Positions 14,259 through 15,673 of a stretch of DNA of 15,673 bases are shown here, in pieces. The translations under genes and the position numbers were made by a program. Every line of letters starts with the position of its first letter. Positions within the stretch are counted from its first letter, which is position 1. The stretch lies in contig PRDH01000079.1 in assembly GCA_003345545.1 (NCBI GenBank), forward strand, positions 1 through 15,673, written 5' to 3'. Under the pieces are notes generated by a model. It was given only the letters and a program-made list of their open reading frames with translations. It did no database searches and was not told the DNA's origin. This DNA comes from Candidatus Thorarchaeota archaeon (GTDB taxonomy: Archaea; Asgardarchaeota; Thorarchaeia; Thorarchaeales; Thorarchaeaceae).

Positions 14259-15673
14259 ATGACTGACAATGCTTCCAGATACACAGAGTACTTCCCATAT
14301 CCCTTGCCTCGACAAGGACAGAGTGAGATGATGACTGAGATTGAGACAGCCGTGGACACAGGGGTCAACATATGTGCTGAGGCACCAAATGGGTTTGGAA
14401 AGACATGCGTCACATTGAGCGCCATCCTTCCCTGGATCAAAGAGAATGCTGGAAAGGTGCTCTACTGCGCACGGACCCATAGACAACTGGATCGTGTCAT
14501 GGAGGAGATGCTGGAGATCTCAAGACATCAAGACGTGTCAGGGGTTTCATTCCGTGGAAGACGACACATGTGCCTGAATCAGTTCGTATTGGAAAATGCG
14601 GATATTGTTGCTCCCATAAGTGAGGTCTGTGGGCAGCTGAAGGCTACCGGCAGATGTTCATACTACGAAAAACTGAAGAAAACTGGAGATCCGGATGAGC
14701 TCCTGGAGGACTTGGCGGGAAAGGTTCTGACAGCTCCTGAAATTGTTAAGCTTGGAGAGAGCAAGGCGATGTGTCCGTATGAGATGGCCAAACGCTTGGC
14801 AAAAGTTGTGGATGTAGTCGCACTCTCATACTTGTACGTGTTTGATCCCTGGATACTCGAGGTATTCATTCCAGAACTCGGAACGCCGCCGTCAAAGATG
14901 GTTCTTGTTCAGGACGAGGCTCATAATGTCCCTGCGACTGCCTTGGACTCTGCAAGTGACTCCCTGACTGTAAGAGTTGTGAGACAGGCCACACGTGAAG
15001 TGGGCGATGGTCCGTATAGGGACACCACCTCCTTTGAATTCTGTCGCGCTCTCACAAGGAGAATGCTTGAACTCACTTCGGATATGAGGGAGAATGGAGA
15101 GAAGACGGTGGACCCTCAGGAGATTGTTGATTCAGTCACCGCTACTGCAGGACTGGATTCAACTGATAGAGTGCTCCATCATATGAAAGAGCATGGACTT
15201 GAGATAAAGAAGAGCCTGTTGAAAGCGGGCAAGTTCCCGCGTTCCTCCATTCATAGAGTCGGCGACTTCCTTTTGGAGTGGGTAAAGTGTGCTAAGAGAG
15301 AAGATTTTGCGTTTTTCTTGGCAAACATGATAGAGAGCGGCGAAGGCAAACGGGTGTCCCTTGATCGTGTTGCTTTGAACCCCACTTCTGTGACCTCACC
15401 AATTTTGAGTATGGTTCACAGCTCAGTCGCTGTCTCTGGTACGCTTTCACCATTGGATGCCTATGCTGAAATGCTCGGGCTCGGCTCCGATGTAGTCAAG
15501 GCAACATTCCGGAGCCCGTTTGCTATGAAGAACAGGCTTGGACTAGTGGTTCATGGGTTGGATACAACATTTCAGAATAGAAGTAGCTCGATGTATCAGC
15601 GGATTACGGATCATTGTTTAGCTGTAGCGAGTGTCACCCCTGGCAATACAGGGATATTCACAGCGAGTTATTC
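14259..15673 (+). CDS. xpd: XPD/Rad3-family Fe-S DNA helicase, 5' part (runs off the right edge)
   Basis: Manual translation from ATG 14259 (in-frame TTG at 14241 is an alternative): Q motif YFPYPLPRQGQ, Walker A EAPNGFGKT, ARTHRQL, four Fe-S Cys (HMCLN, EVCG, GRCSYY, MCPYE), DEAHN, SGTLSP and PGNTGIFTASY. Absent from the ORF track because it is truncated. Confidence 0.95.
   Translation, partial: MTDNASRYTEYFPYPLPRQGQSEMMTEIETAVDTGVNICAEAPNGFGKTCVTLSAILPWIKENAGKVLYCARTHRQLDRVMEEMLEISRHQDVSGVSFRGRRHMCLNQFVLENADIVAPISEVCGQLKATGRCSYYEKLKKTGDPDELLEDLAGKVLTAPEIVKLGESKAMCPYEMAKRLAKVVDVVALSYLYVFDPWILEVFIPELGTPPSKMVLVQDEAHNVPATALDSASDSLTVRVVRQATREVGDGPYRDTTSFEFCRALTRRMLELTSDMRENGEKTVDPQEIVDSVTATAGLDSTDRVLHHMKEHGLEIKKSLLKAGKFPRSSIHRVGDFLLEWVKCAKREDFAFFLANMIESGEGKRVSLDRVALNPTSVTSPILSMVHSSVAVSGTLSPLDAYAEMLGLGSDVVKATFRSPFAMKNRLGLVVHGLDTTFQNRSSSMYQRITDHCLAVASVTPGNTGIFTASY

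Noticed and set aside
11078-14869. Shadow ORFs 11078-11557, 11542-11769, 11787-11999, 12008-12199, 12815-13021, 13400-13672, 13879-14244, 14163-14486, 14189-14440 and 14663-14869
   Set aside because: They overlap the DC2-like, topA, PAC4-like or xpd genes, which have much better motif support.
1-15673. CRISPR arrays, IS elements, integrases, tRNA/rRNA genes, inteins and frameshifted pseudogenes
   Set aside because: No regularly spaced repeats, transposase motifs, cloverleafs or large insertions seen; all complete genes have family-typical lengths apart from the STT3 extension.

Overview
Gene-dense archaeal core-genome region, most likely an Asgard archaeon and possibly Thorarchaeia. This is inferred from the aIF2-alpha/L44e/S27e/Nop10 cluster, archaeal GGTGA/GAGG ribosome-binding sites and TTTA-type TATA boxes, and several eukaryote-like proteins. 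In order it contains: the 5' part of a secreted protein (cut by the left edge), a membrane-anchored wHTH regulator, glyA, a MazG-like pyrophosphatase, a candidate box C/D guide RNA, Sec61-beta, rpl44e-rps27e-aIF2alpha-nop10, a eukaryote-like STT3/AglB with a C-terminal extra domain, gcvH, gcvT, folP, mptE, a DC2/OSTC-like 3-TM oligosaccharyltransferase subunit, a type IA topoisomerase with a coupled small Zn-finger protein, a PAC4-like proteasome chaperone and an XPD/Rad3 Fe-S helicase (cut by the right edge). Most notable are the Sec61-beta + STT3 + DC2-like set (a possible ancestral translocon-docked OST), the unannotated C/D RNA candidate with apparent complementarity to LSU rRNA helix 69, and the folate/one-carbon genes interleaved with them. 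I saw no mobile elements, CRISPR arrays, tRNAs or rRNAs. All family assignments are by eye and from memory, with no database searches.
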